DNA of 64,000 bases from Eledone cirrhosa (taxonomy: Eukaryota), in NCBI GenBank assembly GCA_964016885.1, contig OZ024742.1, positions 180,978,001 to 181,042,000 on the forward strand, read 5' to 3'. The translations under genes were made by a program, and so were the position numbers. A model generated the notes under the pieces. It saw only the letters and a program-made list of their open reading frames with translations, was not told the DNA's origin and ran no database searches. Shown piece after piece: positions 63,589-64,000 of this stretch (position 1 is the first letter of the stretch; each line of letters opens with the position of its first letter).

Positions 63589-64000
63589 TTATATGCATAT
63601 TTATGTGTGTTCACATGGATATATACATGTATGTATGCATATTAACATATTTAGTTTTATTTTGAAAGAGTATTTCAGCTAAAATATATAAAGATATAAA
63701 AAGTATATGACATTAAAACTCACCCCCACATACACACCACACACATACACATGCAAGCACTTATACACATGCACACATAATTACACACCAACACAAGCCA
63801 AGACTTACACACACATATACTAACATGGTTATACACACACAAACACCAATACATGCATGCATGCACATACACACATTCACACATTACATGAAGAGGACTT
63901 CAAGTCTTATATAGATTCTCTATATCATTTGCTGATGAGCAGCTGAAATGTGAAACACTCCCATTTAAATACCTTCTATAATTTACATTGAAATACATAT

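Noticed and set aside
63929-63963. CTGATGA-GCA...TGT-GAAACACTC hammerhead-like string
   Set aside because: Stems I and III do not pair adequately

Overview
Repeat-saturated, AT-rich eukaryotic (metazoan) DNA with no recognisable host gene exon. The SINE families, RTE LINEs and dense (AT)n/(ATG)n/(AAT)n microsatellites suggest a coleoid cephalopod such as Octopus (inference). Content: a young 5'-truncated RTE LINE with an uninterrupted APE-RT ORF (~47.0-49.9 kb) plus a second frameshifted copy; fragments of other RTE, CR1, CRE, R4/Dong-like, HERO-like, Vingi-like and Tx1-like non-LTR elements; a Penelope-like (GIY-YIG) element with inverted terminal repeats; more than 20 tRNA-headed SINE copies; hAT-, Tc1/pogo-, piggyBac- and Helitron-like MITEs; and tandem arrays of 17/68/136, 37, 51, 90, 100 and 102 bp. 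Most ORF-track entries are microsatellite artefacts. Main hidden structure: hand-folded type I hammerhead ribozyme motifs with palindromic stem III, some with an unusually long stem II, several inside fold-back palindromes. Also a SINE sharing its 3' tail with the resident RTE, and a second SINE that repeatedly inserts at TTA targets. Coordinates and folds were read by eye; repeat boundaries are approximate.
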